Shown here piece after piece: positions 62,011-64,000 of a stretch of 64,000 nucleotides of DNA. Each line of letters starts with the position of its first letter. Position 1 is the first letter of the stretch. Below the pieces are notes generated by a model, which was not told the DNA's origin, did not search any database, and saw nothing but the letters and a program-made list of their open reading frames with translations. The position numbers were made by a program, and so were the translations under genes. Source of the DNA: Fistulifera solaris (lineage: Eukaryota); the NCBI GenBank assembly GCA_030295235.1, contig AP026142.1:620001-684000 (forward strand), in the 5' to 3' direction.

Positions 62011-64000
62011 TTAGTCCCTCCATGGCCCTTCCAACCGCACTTTCACGTCCACCGGCGGCGTTTCCTTGCAAACGACAGTAATTTGCAGTTTCGTAAGGAC
62101 TTCGATCTCCATTGAATCCCATTCAATAGTCCCCTCACAGGGGCGCCCGTCCTGAAACCTTCTCCGCAAAGGACTCGCTTCGAACCGTCGCGTGCCTCGA
62201 TGCTCGCATATGTGACCATTTCTTTGTGCTCTTGCAAGAATAACTTCACATTTACACCCAAAGCAGGCACGAAAACAGAGAACGTTGACTGCCCTACAGA
62301 TAAGACAATACCAAGCTGTCCCTGCATGGGCTTGCTTTTGACGTACAACGAAAGAAAAATGACATCGCACCTCTCTTGAGCATTCTTGGAACCCATCCTC
62401 TTTTCGTTTGCATGCTCGCAAATTTGCTGTATTTCTTCTGGCTTCAAATGAAAGTTTTCAACAGCCTCTGCACCCTCTATCGTTGCTTGAAGAAGACGAT
62501 GGACCATTACATCAGGGTATCTTCTAATGGGGCTTGTGAAGTGGGTGTAATAAGGAATGTTGAGAGCAAAATGTCTCCATAGCTCTTTATCTTCTTCGCT
62601 TCCTGCCGCAAAATATTCAGCAGCTTTGAAGGGACTCATAAGCATCTGAGTGATGCACTGTAATATTAATGGTTGATCGCTGTACTCGCGGCTGAGGCGC
62701 ACTAAAGACCGATGTAAATCTTCGCTAGATGAAACATTCAATTCGTGCCCTGTCGCAGCAAATACAACAGCAGCAAGCTCACTCAAACCATCTATTTCGG
62801 GCTCTTTGTGACAACGGAGAACGGCTCGACTTTCGGCATGCATTATGAGCTTTTGTGCTACGAGGTAGTTGGCAAGTAGCATATATTCTTCAACGAGCCG
62901 ATTGGAGTCTCGAATGGGATACGGGGCCGTAAGAAGTGGAGTTTGTCCATCCGCATCCATCATAAATGTCAACTTGATTCCATTGAGAGCGAGGGCACCA
63001 TTTTCGAAACGGAGACGTCTCCGGGCCATCGCCACACGATGCATCAAGCGCACGTCAGCGGCAACTTGATCCACTGTATGATATCCCTTCGGCCGCCTGT
63101 CTACTGGCCACTGCTCGCTGTCCATCTCCGATTCGGCTTCACCCGTTGCTACTTTATTTTCGATGATATTTTGCGCTGTCGAATAGTCCAACCGAGCGCA
63201 CGACTTGATCACCGTTCGCCCATACCAAATAGAATCCTTCGAACGTACCATGGTGCCATCGAGATTCATCCTCCAAACACAAGAGAATGCTAGTCGCTCT
63301 ACGTTTTCATTGAGACTGCAAGCGACTTCACATAAAGGTCTAGGAAGCATTGGAATCGTTCTGTCGACAAGGTAGATGGTTGTGGAACGTCGGATTGCTT
63401 CGTCATCCACAGCCGTTCCAGGACGAACAAAGAAGGAAACATCGGCGATGTGCACTCCGACTTCCACTGTACCATCGTCCAGCATTTTAATATGAAGGGC
63501 ATCGTCCAAATCTTTGGCAGTGGTGGGATCAATCGTAAAGATACGTTCGGTCCGGTAATCCCTTCTCTCAGCATACATACTGGGAGTTGGCTTCCAACCC
63601 AATTGATTCTTTTCACCGGAGCTTGTATCTTCTGTGTAATACAGACCACTTTGTACCGCTTCATCCACATCCCGTAACACTTGTGGAGGATGATCTCCGT
63701 GATTGACATCAAACTCGGAGAGTAGAGCCGTTATCTCATCTTCCAAGACACAAGCCGATCCAATTTTGACAATACGAGTACAGGGCGGCCACTTGTGCGT
63801 TTGTTGCCAGTTTCCGTACTCATACTGCGCTTGGAAATAAGTCGTAAGAACCACATCTACTTTTTTCTTACTGAAGTTGCCGTCCTCCTTCATCTTGAGT
63901 TGCTCCTCTTCACGGAGTTTCGTCAAGATGTCACGTGTCGACGCCGTAGGACATCGGAATTGTGGCAGTGACTTGTTGTTGGGAGTCAAAAGAATAGTGC
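62011..64000 (-). CDS. DIS3L2: DIS3-like exonuclease 2 (RNB domain), 5'-truncated by the window
   Basis: IFTIDPTTAKDLDDALH, VGVHIADV, MLPRPLCE..CSL, LVEEYMLLAN, HFALNIPYYTHFTSPIRRYPD. Confidence 0.88.

Noticed and set aside
18738..62421. Mass pseudogenisation or programmed frameshifting in MSH2, CDK5RAP1, IBA57, CWC22, DIS3L2 and others
   Set aside because: Single-base indels, often in homopolymers, occur in essential genes with intact motifs and no shared slippery signal. Long-read consensus error is more parsimonious; read realignment would decide.

Overview
Gene-dense eukaryotic nuclear DNA, most likely from a diatom. Support for this: short GT-AG introns, signal-peptide+ASAF-type plastid presequences, a CoDi-like copia element and a cyclase-PDE fusion. 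The window opens with the 3' part of a Ty1/copia LTR retrotransposon (integrase, chromodomain-like segment, RT, RNase H, PPT, 518-bp LTR). It continues with about 24 protein genes: DUF285 repeat protein, RBM5/10-like G-patch protein, DPM1, MORN protein, cyclase-PDE, MSH2, CDK5RAP1/MiaB, VIPP1, two B12D/NDUFA4 paralogs, an unusual MCF carrier, IBA57, RMI1, ankyrin-RING, two ARM proteins, CWC22, ARP4, a subtilase and partial DIS3L2. Many genes, including essential ones, carry 1-nt frameshifts that are probably assembly errors. The most notable signal is a fixed-spacing ~53-bp intergenic element, CTATA-N5-AAAGTGWT-N13-CACGACTG-N4-TCAGTCAYGA. It occurs in 5 near-complete and 4 partial copies at five loci, usually as same-strand pairs about 190-235 bp apart. 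Other notable structure: a 34-bp hairpin-bearing minisatellite at three sites, a perfect 23-bp inverted repeat, and tracts built from 7-bp duplications. All calls come from reading the sequence; no database searches were run.
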